Shown piece by piece: positions 25,709-47,074 of a stretch of 64,000 bases of DNA. The notes under the pieces are model-generated. The model worked only from the letters and a program-made list of their open reading frames with translations. It was not told the origin of the DNA and made no database searches. Source of the stretch: an uncultured Gammaproteobacteria bacterium (GTDB taxonomy: Bacteria; Pseudomonadota; Gammaproteobacteria; UBA9214); contig CAVYZN010000008.1 in NCBI GenBank assembly GCA_963773065.1, forward strand, positions 128,001-192,000. The letters run 5' to 3'. The translations under genes were made by a program, and so were the position numbers. Position 1 is the stretch's first letter; each line of letters begins with the position of its first letter.

Positions 25709-26900
25709 TCACTCGACGATCTTCGCGACCACGCCGGCGCCGACGGTGCGCCCGCCCTCGCGGATGGCAAAGCGCAGGCCCTCTTCCATCGCAATCGGGG
25801 CAATCAGCGACACCGTCATCTTCACGTTGTCCCCCGGCATCACCATCTCCACGCCCTCCGGCAGATCGCACGCCCCCGTCACGTCCGTCGTGCGAAAATA
25901 AAACTGCGGCCGGTAACCATTGAAAAACGGCGTGTGCCGCCCGCCCTCCTCCTTGGAAAGCACGTACACCTCACTCTCAAACTTCGTGTGCGGCGTGATC
26001 GACCCCGGCTTCGCCAGCACCTGACCACGCTCCACTTCCTCGCGCTTGGTGCCGCGCAACAGCACACCCACGTTGTCGCCCGCCTGACCCTGGTCGAGCA
26101 GCTTGCGAAACATCTCCACACCCGTGCAGGTGGTCTTCAGCGTGTCCCGAATGCCCACGATCGCAATCTCATCGCCGACCTTCACCACACCACGCTCAAT
26201 ACGCCCCGTCACCACCGTGCCCCGGCCCGAGATCGAAAACACATCCTCCACCGGCATCAGAAAATCACCGTCCATCGCCCGCACCGGCTCCGGTATGTAC
26301 GCATCCATCGCCTCCACCAGCTTCACAATCGAGGGCACGCCAATCTCCGAGGCGTCCCCCTCCAGCGCCTTCAGCGCCGAACCCGTCACAATCGGCGTCG
26401 CATCACCCGGAAAATCATACTTGTCCAACAAGCTCCCGGATCTCCATCTCCACCAGCTCCAAAAGCTCCGCATCGTCCACCTGGTCCGCCTTGTTCATGT
26501 ACACCAGAATGTAGGGCACACCCACCTGACGCGAGAGCAAGATGTGCTCGCGCGTCTGCGGCATCGGACCGTCCGCCGCACTCACCACCAAAATCGCTCC
26601 GTCCATCTGCGCCGCACCCGTGATCATGTTCTTCACATAGTCCGCGTGCCCCGGACAGTCCACGTGCGCATAATGACGCTTCGCACTCTCGTACTCCACG
26701 TGCGCGGTGGCAATCGTAATCCCGCGCTCCCGCTCCTCCGGCGCATTGTCAATCTGGTCGTACGCCTTGAATACCCCTCCGTGCAGTTCCGCCATCACCT
26801 TCGTGATCGCCGCCGTCAACGTCGTCTTCCCATGATCCACGTGTCCTATCGTCCCCACGTTTACATGCGGCTTCGTTCGCTCGAATTTTTCCTTGGACAC
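25709..26900 (-). CDS. tufA: Elongation factor Tu, str-operon copy (1-nt insertion near 26429, probably assembly error)
   Basis: Near-identical to 42353-43543; ccaacaagct here vs ccaaaagct there; GTG start. Confidence 0.96.
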
Positions 26901-26934
26901 GACTCTATACCTCGTTACTGTTCAGATGGTTTAA

Positions 26935-29034
<2,100 letters not shown>

Positions 29035-29068
29035 TGTCGCGTTCCTGTCTGGATAATTAGAATATCAA

Positions 29069-29539
29069 TTACCACCGGTAGTGCGCGAAAGCCTTGTTGG
29101 CCTCCGCCATGCGGTGGGTGTCTTCGCGTTTCTTCACGGCGGAGCCGCGATTCTCGGCGGCGTCCAGCAGCTCGCCGGCCAGCCGCAGCGGCATGGACTT
29201 CTCGCTGCGCTTGCGCGCGGCATCCAGCATCCAGCGCATGGCGAGCGTGGTGCGCCGGATCGAGCGCACCTCCACCGGGACCTGGTAGGTCGCGCCGCCG
29301 ACGCGGCGCGACTTGACCTCGACCATCGGGCGCACGTTATCGAGCGCCTTGTCCAGCACCTGGAGCGGATCGCTGTTTCCCTTGCCGGCTATCTGGCTCA
29401 GCGCGCCGTAGATGATGGTCTCCGCGACGGCTTTCTTTCCATCACGCATCACCATGTTGACGAACTTGGCCAGCATCTCGCTGCCGTATTTCGGATCCGG
29501 CAGTATCTCCCGCGCACCGATGACTCTTCTTCTGGACAT
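29069..29539 (-). CDS. rpsG: 30S ribosomal protein S7
   Basis: [12 protein letters not shown]; [15 protein letters not shown]. Confidence 0.99.
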   Translation of the reverse strand: MSRRRVIGAREILPDPKYGSEMLAKFVNMVMRDGKKAVAETIIYGALSQIAGKGNSDPLQVLDKALDNVRPMVEVKSRRVGGATYQVPVEVRSIRRTTLAMRWMLDAARKRSEKSMPLRLAGELLDAAENRGSAVKKREDTHRMAEANKAFAHYRW

Positions 29540-29576
29540 GCGTGATTCTCAACTGGCTGTGGTTATGACGTCGGTA

Positions 29577-29951
29577 TCAGGACTTGGGCCGCTTGGCGCC
29601 GTACTTGGAGCGGCCCTGACGGCGGTTCTGCACGCCGGAGGTGTCGAGGCTGCCGCGCACCGTGTGGTAGCGCACGCCCGGCAGGTCCTTGACGCGGCCG
29701 CCGCGGATCAGCACGACCGAGTGCTCCTGCAGGTTGTGCCCCTCACCGCCGATGTAGGTGGTCACCTCATAACCATTGGTCAGGCGCACGCGGGCCACCT
29801 TGCGCAGGGCCGAGTTCGGCTTCTTCGGCGTCGTGGTATAGACGCGGGTGCAGACACCGCGGCGCTGCGGGCAAGACTCCAGGGCCGGGACGCTGCTCTT
29901 CTCCCGCTTCCTGCTGCGCGGCTTGCGCACCAATTGATTGATTGTGGCCAT
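29577..29951 (-). CDS. rpsL: 30S ribosomal protein S12
   Basis: [13 protein letters not shown]; [11 protein letters not shown]. Confidence 0.99.
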   Translation of the reverse strand: MATINQLVRKPRSRKREKSSVPALESCPQRRGVCTRVYTTTPKKPNSALRKVARVRLTNGYEVTTYIGGEGHNLQEHSVVLIRGGRVKDLPGVRYHTVRGSLDTSGVQNRRQGRSKYGAKRPKS

Positions 29952-30043
29952 GCCAGAAACACCTTGAAAAATAAACCGGAAAAAACCGTAGTCCTGAAAA
30001 CAAACGACAGGCCGGAAAGGTCCGGCCTGTCGAGAGAAGCGGA

Positions 30044-30072
30044 ATTTTAGTGACAGGGCTAGGCCCTGTCAA
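30044..30072 (-). promoter_or_regulatory. str operon sigma70 promoter
   Basis: Minus strand TTGACA (30067-30072), 17 nt, TAAAAT (30044-30049). Confidence 0.8.
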
Positions 30073-30092
30073 GAATGTTTTGCGGAATCCGC

Positions 30093-34295
<4,203 letters not shown>

Positions 34296-34350
34296 CGTCT
34301 CTCCTGCGCCTGCCGTGTCGGGTTGCGAGCCAGCGGACGGCGGGCCGCCG

Positions 34351-38606
<4,256 letters not shown>

Positions 38607-38723
38607 GGTATTCCTCTTCAGGTTACTGTCCAGGCAAGCAGGATGTCGGTGCGATCCCGTCGATTGGCCCTAACAGTGCGCAGCGGCACGGATGCCGCCG
38701 CATTCCTCTTGTCACAAGCAGTG

Positions 38724-38754
38724 AAAGGCCGGGCGCATGTAGCGCTACCGGCCT
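38724..38754 (-). terminator. Putative rplL-rpoB attenuator hairpin
   Basis: AGGCCGG..CCGGCC followed by TTT on the minus strand; position matches the attenuator known from E. coli. Confidence 0.5.
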
Positions 38755-38807
38755 GCCCTGTAATCCAGCGGTTGCGGCAATCACGTAATGGATTACGTCG
38801 GTTCCGC

Positions 38808-39182
38808 TTACTTGAGTTCGACGCTGGCGCCGGCCTCTTCGAGCTGTTTCTTGATGTCGGCGGCCTCGGCCTTGCTCGCCGCTTCCTTGACGGTGGAAGG
38901 CGCGCCCTCGACCATGTCCTTGGCCTCCTTGAGGCCCAGCCCGGTGATGGCGCGCACCACCTTGATGACGCCGACCTTGTTGGCGCCGAAGCTGGTCATG
39001 ACGACATCGAACTCGGTCTTCTCCTCGGCGGCGGCGGCTTCGGCAGCCGCCGCCGGCGCCGCGGCCACGGCCGCGGCGGCGGTGACGCCGAACTTCTCTT
39101 CCATGGCGGCGATCAGGTCGACGACCTGCATCACCGTCATGTTGGAAATGGTCTCCAGAATCTCTGCTTGCGTAACGGCCAT
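38808..39182 (-). CDS. rplL: 50S ribosomal protein L7/L12
   Basis: EEKTEFDV; [15 protein letters not shown]. Confidence 0.99.
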   Translation of the reverse strand: MAVTQAEILETISNMTVMQVVDLIAAMEEKFGVTAAAAVAAAPAAAAEAAAAEEKTEFDVVMTSFGANKVGVIKVVRAITGLGLKEAKDMVEGAPSTVKEAASKAEAADIKKQLEEAGASVELK

Positions 39183-39227
39183 AACGAATACTCCTGTTTA
39201 AAATCTGAATTAGTTAGATGAATGGGT

Positions 39228-39758
39228 TCAGGCTGCCTGCTGCTTCTGGTCGCGTATCGCCGCCACGGTGCGCGCCAGCTTGGACGGCACTTCGTTCAGC
39301 GTGCGCACAAACTTCGCCACCGGGGCCTGCATGACCGACATCAGCAGGCTGATCGCCTGATCGCGCGTCGGGAGCTTGGCCAGACGGTCGATATCGGAGG
39401 GCTCCAGCAACTGACCGCCGACGGACAGCATGGTGACCTGGAACTTGTCGTGCTCCTTGGCAAAGTCCTTGGCCACGCGCGCCGCCGCGCCCGGATCCTC
39501 CCGGGAAAACGCCAGCAGCAGGGGACCGGTCAGCCGCCCGCTCATGCACGCGAAGTCGGTATCCTGCAGGGCGCGGCGCGCCAGCGTGTTTTTCACGACG
39601 CGCAGGTAGACATTGTCCTGGCGCGCCCTGATCCGCAGACTGGTCATCTCCCCGACGGTGAGACCGCGGTATTCCGCGGCCACCGCCGAGTAGGCCCCTT
39701 TCGCCACTTCGGCGACTTCGGCAACGACAGCCTTTTTCTCTTCAAGTGTTAATGCCAT
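39228..39758 (-). CDS. rplJ: 50S ribosomal protein L10
   Basis: [15 protein letters not shown] start with GAGG RBS; [10 protein letters not shown]. Confidence 0.98.
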   Translation of the reverse strand: MALTLEEKKAVVAEVAEVAKGAYSAVAAEYRGLTVGEMTSLRIRARQDNVYLRVVKNTLARRALQDTDFACMSGRLTGPLLLAFSREDPGAAARVAKDFAKEHDKFQVTMLSVGGQLLEPSDIDRLAKLPTRDQAISLLMSVMQAPVAKFVRTLNEVPSKLARTVAAIRDQKQQAA

Positions 39759-39871
39759 TGCATTTACCTCTTCGGGAATTCGCCTGCGGCGCAAGGCTTT
39801 CGGCCCCTTCCCGTTCATTATCACGGCGCCGGCCGGCTGCGGCCGGCGCACTCAATCGGTGACCTGACGCC

Positions 39872-39960
39872 ACCATCTGCGCAGGCCGGCCCGCAGGCAT
39901 CGCGGATCGATTAAACCCGGCTTCCGGAGAGCGGTCGCCAGGTACCTGCGGTCTTTGACG
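39872..39960 (-). promoter_or_regulatory. L10 leader (autoregulatory RNA)
   Basis: Minus strand AAGACCGCAGG ... CCTGCGCAGATGG upstream of rplJ. Confidence 0.75.
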
Positions 39961-40031
39961 GCCGCCGGAGGGAAACCCGCCGGCGAGCGCCAAACCGTGC
40001 GCGGCAGACGTTGACCGCCTGCCGCGCAAAA

Positions 40032-40730
40032 TCACGCTATTTCCAGTGTGGACTGGTCAACCACTAGGCCCGGTCCCATCGTGGTCGATACCGAGACCTT
40101 CTTCAGGTACACGCCCTTGGATGCCGACGGCTTGGCCTTCTGCAGGTCGGCAAGCAGCGCGAGCAGGTTTTCCTTGAGTGCTTGCACCTTGAAATCCACC
40201 TTCCCGATCGTGCAGTGGATGATGCCGGCTTTGTCCGTGCGGTAACGCACCTGCCCGGCCTTCGCATTCCTGACGGCTGAGGCGACATCCGGCGTCACGG
40301 TGCCGACTTTCGGGTTCGGCATCAGGCCGCGCGGACCCAGTATCTGGCCCAGGGTGCCGACGATGCGCATGGCATCCGGCGAGGCGATTACGACATCAAA
40401 GTTCATGACGCCCTTTTTCACCTCATCGGCGAGATCCTCCAGCCCGACGATATCCGCACCGGCGGCCCTGGCGGCATCGGCATTCGCGCCCTGGGTGAAG
40501 ACGGCCACGCGCACCGTCTTGCCGGTACCGTTGGGCAGCACGGTGGAACCACGCACGACCTGGTCCGATTTGCGCGGATCAACGCTGAGATTGACGCTGA
40601 CGTCCACCGATTCCCGGAACTTCACACGGGAGAGATCCTGCAGCAGGCCGAGCGCCTCATCGACCGGATACTGTTTGCCCGGGGTGAGCTTTTCCTGGAT
40701 CGCCTTGGCCCGTTTGGTCAGTTTGGCCAT
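40032..40730 (-). CDS. rplA: 50S ribosomal protein L1
   Basis: [16 protein letters not shown]. Confidence 0.99.
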   Translation of the reverse strand: MAKLTKRAKAIQEKLTPGKQYPVDEALGLLQDLSRVKFRESVDVSVNLSVDPRKSDQVVRGSTVLPNGTGKTVRVAVFTQGANADAARAAGADIVGLEDLADEVKKGVMNFDVVIASPDAMRIVGTLGQILGPRGLMPNPKVGTVTPDVASAVRNAKAGQVRYRTDKAGIIHCTIGKVDFKVQALKENLLALLADLQKAKPSASKGVYLKKVSVSTTMGPGLVVDQSTLEIA

Positions 40731-40733
40731 GAC

Positions 40734-41165
40734 TCAATCCTCCACCACGTCAAGACCCATGCTGCGGGCGGTGCCGGCGACAATGCGCACCGCCGCCTCC
40801 AGGTCCGCTGCATTCAGGTCAGGCATCTTGGTAGCGGCGATCACTTCCAGTTGGGCGCGGTTGACCTTGCCCACCTTGTTGGTATTGGGCGTGCTGGAAC
40901 CCTTCGGTATGCCGAGCGCCTTCATCAGCAGCACCGAGGCGGGCGGCGTCTTGGTGACAAAGGTAAAGCTGCGATCGCTGTACACGGTGATCACGACGGG
41001 AATCGGCAGGCCCTTTTCGATTTGCTGGGTCTGCGCATTGAATGTTTTGCAGAACTCCATGATATTCACGCCGTGCTGACCCAGCGCCGGGCCGACCGGC
41101 GGACTCGGGTTGGCTTCACCCGCCTTCACCTGCAGCTTGATATAAGCCTGGATTTTCTTTGCCAT
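40734..41165 (-). CDS. rplK: 50S ribosomal protein L11
   Basis: [15 protein letters not shown]; GTARSMG. Confidence 0.99.
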   Translation of the reverse strand: MAKKIQAYIKLQVKAGEANPSPPVGPALGQHGVNIMEFCKTFNAQTQQIEKGLPIPVVITVYSDRSFTFVTKTPPASVLLMKALGIPKGSSTPNTNKVGKVNRAQLEVIAATKMPDLNAADLEAAVRIVAGTARSMGLDVVED

Positions 41166-41178
41166 CATTGACTCCTGT

Positions 41179-41203
41179 GGGTACCAGCGCCTTGCGGCTC
41201 CCC
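41179..41203 (-). promoter_or_regulatory. L1-binding leader element
   Basis: GGGGAGCC-gcaa-GGCG..ACCC just before the rplK RBS. Confidence 0.7.
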
Positions 41204-41206
41204 TGT

Positions 41207-41740
41207 TTAAGCCTTCTCCACCTGACCGAACTCCAATTCGACCGGTGTCGAGCGGCCGAAAATCAGGACGGATACCCGCAGCCGGCTCTTGTCGTAATTG
41301 ACCTCTTCAACCACGCCGTTGAAGTCGTTGAACGGCCCGTCGGTGACGCGCACCACCTGGCCCACCTCAAACAGCACCTTCGGCTTGGGCTTGTCCGCCC
41401 CTTCCTGAACACGCTGCAATATGGAATCCGCCTCGCGTTGCGTGATCGGCGCCGGCCGGTCGCTGGTTCCGCCGATAAACCCCATGACCTTGGGGGCGTT
41501 CTTGACCAGGTGCCAGGTGTCGTCATTCATTTCCATCTGCACCAGCACGTAACCGGGGAAAAACTTGCGTTCGCTCTTGCGCTTGGCGCCATCGCGCATC
41601 TCCACGACCTCTTCCGTCGGCACCAGGATGTCGCCGAACTTGTCCTGCATGCCGCTGCGCGCGATCCGCTCCTTGAGCGTGCGCTTGACCTGGTTTTCAA
41701 ACCCCGAATAGGCGTGAACGACGTACCACTGCAAAGACAT
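41207..41740 (-). CDS. nusG: Transcription factor NusG
   Basis: [11 protein letters not shown]; FFPGYVLV; KOW GPFNDF. Confidence 0.99.
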   Translation of the reverse strand: MSLQWYVVHAYSGFENQVKRTLKERIARSGMQDKFGDILVPTEEVVEMRDGAKRKSERKFFPGYVLVQMEMNDDTWHLVKNAPKVMGFIGGTSDRPAPITQREADSILQRVQEGADKPKPKVLFEVGQVVRVTDGPFNDFNGVVEEVNYDKSRLRVSVLIFGRSTPVELEFGQVEKA

Positions 41741-41744
41741 TATT

Positions 41745-42137
41745 TCAGCTTCCCTGACCCGTCAGTAATTGAACGGCGCGTAACAACACCATGTCCAGCA
41801 GCCAGAGAAACACCCCGACCAGCAGGACGATGAAGATGACCGCCAGCGTCGTCTGCACCGTCTCGGTCCGGGTTGGCCAGACCATGCGCCGCACCTCGTT
41901 CTGCGCGCCGCTGACAAATCCCACCACCTGGCGCCCAAGATCGGTTTGGTAGGCGATCGCCATCGCGACAGCCGCCACCATCAGCAGACCGAGCACCCGC
42001 ACTACGGCCATCTGGCCGGCGAAATAGTAGAAACCATAGACCCCGGCGCACATCAGCAGGATGGCAATCCCGAGCTTCAGCGAGTCGAGTCTCCCACCTT
42101 GCGGTCGCCCGCCTTGCGTTTCAACTTTTGCGTTCAT
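41745..42137 (-). CDS. secE: Preprotein translocase SecE (3-TM form)
   Basis: [13 protein letters not shown]; upstream of nusG. Confidence 0.97.
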   Translation of the reverse strand: MNAKVETQGGRPQGGRLDSLKLGIAILLMCAGVYGFYYFAGQMAVVRVLGLLMVAAVAMAIAYQTDLGRQVVGFVSGAQNEVRRMVWPTRTETVQTTLAVIFIVLLVGVFLWLLDMVLLRAVQLLTGQGS

Positions 42138-42178
42138 AATCCCTGCTAGGGACAGATTGAAATCTGCCCCTCATCCTC

Positions 42179-42254
42179 TGGCAGGCCAGGAGGGAATCGA
42201 ACCCCCAACCTGCGGTTTTGGAGACCGCCGCTCTGCCAATTGAGCTACTGGCCT
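42179..42254 (-). tRNA. tRNA-Trp (CCA)
   Basis: 76-nt cloverleaf, anticodon loop CTCCAAA, GGTTCGA, 3' CCA. Confidence 0.97.
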
Positions 42255-42263
42255 AAATTAAAT

Positions 42264-42352
42264 GAATTAAAAGGGGTCAGACCCCATTTTTTACGCGCCG
42301 CACCCTGTCTGATCAATCGTTAACAAAAATGGGGTCTGACCCCTTTTAATTC
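42264..42352. repeat. REPIN-like element with perfect 28-bp inverted arms
   Basis: gaattaaaaggggtcagaccccattttt (42264-42291) and its exact reverse complement (42325-42352). Confidence 0.9.
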
Positions 42353-43543
42353 TCACTCGATGATCTTCGCGACCACCCCGGCGCCGACGGTGCGTCCACC
42401 CTCGCGGATGGCAAAGCGCAGGCCCTCTTCCATCGCAATCGGGGCAATCAGCGACACCGTCATCTTCACGTTGTCCCCCGGCATCACCATCTCCACGCCC
42501 TCCGGCAGATCGCACGCCCCCGTCACGTCCGTCGTGCGAAAATAAAACTGCGGCCGGTAACCATTGAAAAACGGCGTGTGCCGCCCGCCCTCCTCCTTGG
42601 AAAGCACGTACACCTCACTCTCAAACTTCGTGTGCGGCGTGATCGACCCCGGCTTGGCCAGCACCTGACCACGCTCCACTTCCTCGCGCTTGGTGCCGCG
42701 CAACAGCACACCCACGTTGTCACCCGCCTGACCCTGGTCCAGCAGCTTGCGAAACATCTCCACGCCCGTGCAGGTGGTCTTCAGCGTGTCCCGGATCCCC
42801 ACGATCGCAATCTCATCGCCGACCTTCACCACACCACGCTCAATACGCCCCGTCACCACCGTGCCCCGCCCCGAGATCGAAAACACATCCTCCACCGGCA
42901 TCAGAAAATCACCGTCCATCGCCCGCACCGGCTCCGGTATGTACGCATCCATCGCCTCCACCAGCTTCACAATCGAGGGCACGCCAATCTCCGAGGCGTC
43001 CCCCTCCAGCGCCTTCAGCGCCGAACCCGTCACAATCGGCGTCGCATCACCCGGAAAATCATACTTGTCCAAAAGCTCCCGGATCTCCATCTCCACCAGC
43101 TCCAAAAGCTCCGCATCGTCCACCTGGTCCGCCTTGTTCATGTACACCAGAATGTAGGGCACACCCACCTGACGCGAGAGCAAGATGTGCTCGCGCGTCT
43201 GCGGCATCGGACCGTCCGCCGCACTCACCACCAAAATCGCTCCGTCCATCTGCGCCGCACCCGTGATCATGTTCTTCACATAGTCCGCGTGCCCCGGACA
43301 GTCCACGTGCGCATAATGACGCTTCGCACTCTCGTACTCCACGTGCGCCGTGGCAATCGTGATCCCGCGCTCCCGCTCCTCCGGCGCATTGTCAATCTGG
43401 TCGTACGCCTTGAATACCCCACCGTGCAGTTCCGCCATCACCTTCGTGATCGCCGCCGTCAACGTCGTCTTCCCATGATCCACGTGGCCTATCGTCCCCA
43501 CGTTTACATGCGGCTTCGTTCGCTCGAATTTTTCCTTGGACAT
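42353..43543 (-). CDS. tufB: Elongation factor Tu, tRNA-linked copy
   Basis: Intact 396 aa; [18 protein letters not shown]. Confidence 0.99.
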   Translation of the reverse strand: MSKEKFERTKPHVNVGTIGHVDHGKTTLTAAITKVMAELHGGVFKAYDQIDNAPEERERGITIATAHVEYESAKRHYAHVDCPGHADYVKNMITGAAQMDGAILVVSAADGPMPQTREHILLSRQVGVPYILVYMNKADQVDDAELLELVEMEIRELLDKYDFPGDATPIVTGSALKALEGDASEIGVPSIVKLVEAMDAYIPEPVRAMDGDFLMPVEDVFSISGRGTVVTGRIERGVVKVGDEIAIVGIRDTLKTTCTGVEMFRKLLDQGQAGDNVGVLLRGTKREEVERGQVLAKPGSITPHTKFESEVYVLSKEEGGRHTPFFNGYRPQFYFRTTDVTGACDLPEGVEMVMPGDNVKMTVSLIAPIAMEEGLRFAIREGGRTVGAGVVAKIIE

Positions 43544-43602
43544 CGCGCCTGTCTCCCGTTGCGTGGCTGTGCGTTTACTCTGGCAAAACCGTCAAAATAT
43601 AC

Positions 43603-43678
<76 letters not shown>

Positions 43679-43707
43679 GGAAACCTTGTCCTCATTCCCG
43701 ATTATTA

Positions 43708-43781
<74 letters not shown>

Positions 43782-43839
43782 ATGGTCCAAACCCCAACGT
43801 CTGCGATCGCTGATTCGGCAGGCGTGATTTCATCTCGTT

Positions 43840-43924
43840 TGGTGGAGGGGGGAGGATTTGAACCTCCGAAGGCAGAGCCGTCAGATTTACAGTCTGATCC
43901 CTTTGACCGCTCGGGAACCCCTCC
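43840..43924 (-). tRNA. tRNA-Tyr (GTA)
   Basis: 85 nt with long variable arm, loop CTGTAAA, 3' CCA. Confidence 0.97.
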
Positions 43925-43942
43925 AAAAAATGCAAGCCCGCA

Positions 43943-43972
43943 ATTGTCTTGCAGAGCCGGATCGCTTGTCAA
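43943..43972 (-). promoter_or_regulatory. Putative promoter of the tRNA-tufB operon
   Basis: Minus strand TTGACA, 18 nt, GACAAT, followed by a GC-rich discriminator. Confidence 0.6.
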
Positions 43973-44227
43973 CTGAAATGAGCGTCCTATTGAATAGGCG
44001 TGCGGGTGCGCCATGTAGGGGTCAAGCCATCCTCCCCGCATGCCGTCGACTGGCATCGTCCCGGCGCAGGAACAAGGTGCAGACTGCACGACCGTATTCA
44101 GACGGTCAATATATTGACGCTTTTAGATTGCGCCAGTGGTCAAAATGAATGCCACGGCTTGATAACTGAATAGAAACCCCCGCCCCTGCCTGCAAGGAGC
44201 CGTTTCGAGTGCCGCTTTAGTTGCGCT

Positions 44228-44695
44228 TTATTGACTGAAGTGCCCGTGCCGTATCTCTTCACCCATCAGGGTTTCAAACACTTCGGAACTGACGTGGATC
44301 AGTTGCTCGTGGTCGCCGGCTTCAAAATAGATTTCCGGTTGTTCCGCGATGGTATCGTCGACAAGCGTCTCCAACCCGTAGGCAGGGCCTATGGCCGGAA
44401 GCGCACCAATTTCACAATCACGAAACAGGTTGCTGAGTTCGTATTCATTCGCCAGTTCCAGATTCCGTTTCAACTGGCGCTGTAACTCACTCAGATCAAG
44501 CCGCCGGTTGGCGGGCAGGACCACCATGAGGTAACCCTGGTCATCTTCCAGGACAACGGATTTGGCGAGCCGGTCTCCTGGCACGTGTGCGACGGCGGCG
44601 CTTTCCGCGCTCGAAACCGTATGGGTGTGACCCATAACATCATAGGGTACATCGTACTCGGCCAGATATTTTGACACTGTTGTGGCAATTGACAT
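44228..44695 (-). CDS. YbaK/ProX-like aminoacyl-tRNA editing domain protein
   Basis: LAKSVVLED, FRDCEIGALPAIG, YFEAGDH. Confidence 0.88.
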   Translation of the reverse strand: MSIATTVSKYLAEYDVPYDVMGHTHTVSSAESAAVAHVPGDRLAKSVVLEDDQGYLMVVLPANRRLDLSELQRQLKRNLELANEYELSNLFRDCEIGALPAIGPAYGLETLVDDTIAEQPEIYFEAGDHEQLIHVSSEVFETLMGEEIRHGHFSQ

Positions 44696-44843
44696 GATTT
44701 TACCCTCCGCTGACATGTTCAACATGAGAAGTATAGATCATGCCGGCGAGGGTCGAGAGCGCTAAAAAGACCCACAGCGGATAGAGGGAGTTCGCGACGC
44801 CGGCAGGATCCCTACTGGGCGATGCGCGTGACGCGGTTGTTGG

Positions 44844-45542
44844 TCAGGACACGCCGTGCCGCCAATGCCGCCGCCTCAGCGCGATATCATCGTCGGCCGG
44901 CTCCCGCTCCCGCCAGGGATCGGCGTCCGGCGGCTCGTCGCCGGACGTCTCGTTCTCCCAATCATAGGTCTTCTCGGGCAGGGCGGGCTCGCGATGCTGG
45001 AACACAAACGCGGCGATGACGCCCATCAAGGCGCCGAAGAAATGACTCTCGTAGGAAATGCCCGGCTGTTGCGGAAAGATCGTCCACACCATGCCGCCAT
45101 ACAGGAAGAACACGATCAGGGAAAGCGCGATCGACAGTCTGTCCCGGCGCAGGATCCCGCTGACGAAGATGAAGAACATCAGGCCATGCGCCAACCCGCT
45201 GGCGCCGAAGTGATAGCTGCCCCGCCCAAACAACCAGACGCCCAGACCCGACCCCAGCCATATCAGCAGGAGCACGTAGCGGAAAGAACGCGGATAGCCG
45301 TACAGGAACACGACGCCCAGCACCATGAGGGCCAGACTGTTGGAGAGCAGATGCTGCCATGAGGCATGCAGCAGCGGCGCGCAAACCACACCCCACAGGC
45401 CGCGCCACTCGCGCGGGTAGACGCCGAGGCGCGCCAGGTGCAGATCAAACCCGGTATCAAGCAGTTCGATGGCCCAGAGCAGGCCGATGAAGACCGCGAC
45501 GCCGAACAGGGCCAGCCGGAAACGCGCGGCATCTTCCGTCAC
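44844..45542 (-). CDS. Rhomboid intramembrane serine protease
   Basis: APLLHASWQHLLSN, GASG, SHFFGA. Confidence 0.92.
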   Translation of the reverse strand: MTEDAARFRLALFGVAVFIGLLWAIELLDTGFDLHLARLGVYPREWRGLWGVVCAPLLHASWQHLLSNSLALMVLGVVFLYGYPRSFRYVLLLIWLGSGLGVWLFGRGSYHFGASGLAHGLMFFIFVSGILRRDRLSIALSLIVFFLYGGMVWTIFPQQPGISYESHFFGALMGVIAAFVFQHREPALPEKTYDWENETSGDEPPDADPWREREPADDDIALRRRHWRHGVS

Positions 45543-45566
45543 CGTTGCATTCCCTGCCGCCGCGCG

Positions 45567-46565
45567 TCAATCGCCGCCGCCGATGCGCACCACCGTCCTG
45601 CCCGTGTGCTGTCCGGACAGCAGGCGTTCAAACACACCGGGCAAGCCGTCGAGACCGATGGTCTCGCGGACGATGGCCTCGAGATGCGCCGGACGCAGAT
45701 CGGAGGCCAGCCGTTGCCAGAGCCGGCGCCGCCGGTCCATGGAGCAGTTGGCCGAGGTGATGCCCAGCAGACTGACGCCGCGCAGGATAAACGGCATGAC
45801 GGTGGTATTGAGTTCCATGCCACCCGCCAGGCCGATGCTGGCGATGCTCCCCCACGGCTTGACCGTCCGCGTCAGCCAGGCGAGCACCGCGCCACCGACA
45901 TTATCGATGGCGCCGCCCCACTGCGCCTGCTCCAGTGGACGAGCGCCCGGCGCCAGGGTGCGACGATCCAGCAGGGCGTTCGCACCCAGTCCCCGCAGAT
46001 AGGCCTCCGCATCCGGTTTGCCGGTCAGCGCCGTCACCTCGTAGCCCCGTCGACTCAAGAGGTCGATGGCGTAACTTCCCACCCCGCCCGTCGCCCCGGT
46101 GACCAGCACGGGGCCAAGCTGCGGCCGCTGGCCATTCTGTTCCATGCGCTCGATGGCGAGGGCCGCCGTAAAGCCCGCGGTACCGATGGCCATGGCGGCG
46201 AAGGCGGACATCCCGTGCGGCAACGGCACCACCCATGCGGCTGGCACCCGCACGCGCTCGGCAAATCCGCCGTCATGGTCCTCGCCGAGCCCGCAGCCGG
46301 TTACCAGCACGGCGTCGCCTTCCCGGAAGCGGGGTTCGCGGGACTCCGCCACCACGCCGGCCACATCGATGCCGCCGACCAGGGGCGAGCGGCGCAGGAT
46401 TTTGCCCCGGCCGGTCGCGGCCAGCGCATCCTTGTAATTGACGCCGGAATAGCGGGCCTCGATGACGACCTCGCCGGGCGTGAGATCGGCGAGGGTGAGT
46501 TCCTCCAGAGCGGCGCGCGTCGCGCCCAGCTCCTGGTAGATACGAAAGGCCCTGAAACCGCTCAT
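45567..46565 (-). CDS. Acrylyl-CoA reductase AcuI/YhdH family oxidoreductase
   Basis: SGVNYKDALA, AMAIGTAGFTA, VTGATGGVGS, TTVMPFILRGV. Confidence 0.9.
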   Translation of the reverse strand: MSGFRAFRIYQELGATRAALEELTLADLTPGEVVIEARYSGVNYKDALAATGRGKILRRSPLVGGIDVAGVVAESREPRFREGDAVLVTGCGLGEDHDGGFAERVRVPAAWVVPLPHGMSAFAAMAIGTAGFTAALAIERMEQNGQRPQLGPVLVTGATGGVGSYAIDLLSRRGYEVTALTGKPDAEAYLRGLGANALLDRRTLAPGARPLEQAQWGGAIDNVGGAVLAWLTRTVKPWGSIASIGLAGGMELNTTVMPFILRGVSLLGITSANCSMDRRRRLWQRLASDLRPAHLEAIVRETIGLDGLPGVFERLLSGQHTGRTVVRIGGGD

Positions 46566-46575
46566 GGGCGCTGCG

Positions 46576-47074
46576 TCACTCTGCGGTGGAACCGGCCGGC
46601 AGATAATGCAACTCCCCGTTGTAATCAAACGGCAGTTTGCGGGTAGCTGTTCTCGAGGCGGATGCTGCCCGTCAGTCGGTACTTAAGGCTTTCGTGTGTC
46701 TCCGCGTTCATCTCCTGCAACTGTTGCAGCATGCCGAGCAGGTTGCTCACCACGTCGACGTCGAGCAAGGCCTCGCCATAGGGGGGAATGGACACCGGCT
46801 GCCGGCTAACGCCATAGGCGAATTCACGGCCGTTGATCTGCAGTGTATACTGCATGCCGGTAACGGGAAGGGCTTCGTCGTTGGGGTTCAGGATCCTGAG
46901 CTGAAGCGCATAGCGCTGCTCGAGCACGCCCACCTCCTTGGGCTGGATGCTGACCAGCGAGACGCGCGGCGGCTCACGGTAGGCGCTCAAGCCGGCGCAA
47001 CCGCTGGCCAGGGAAACAAGCAGTAGGATGACCGCGGTGCAGTACGGCCGGTTGCGCCGATCAGGGGTTTTCAT
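46576..47074 (-). CDS. LEA type 2 (WHy domain) lipoprotein; apparent frameshift near 46640
   Basis: Lipobox LASGC, LRILNPNDEAL; C-terminus continues as KLPFDYNGEL in another frame. Confidence 0.8.

Noticed and set aside
26415-26473. tufA as a true pseudogene
   Set aside because: Only one extra base relative to the near-identical tufB and no other decay; likely a polishing artefact between the paralogs.
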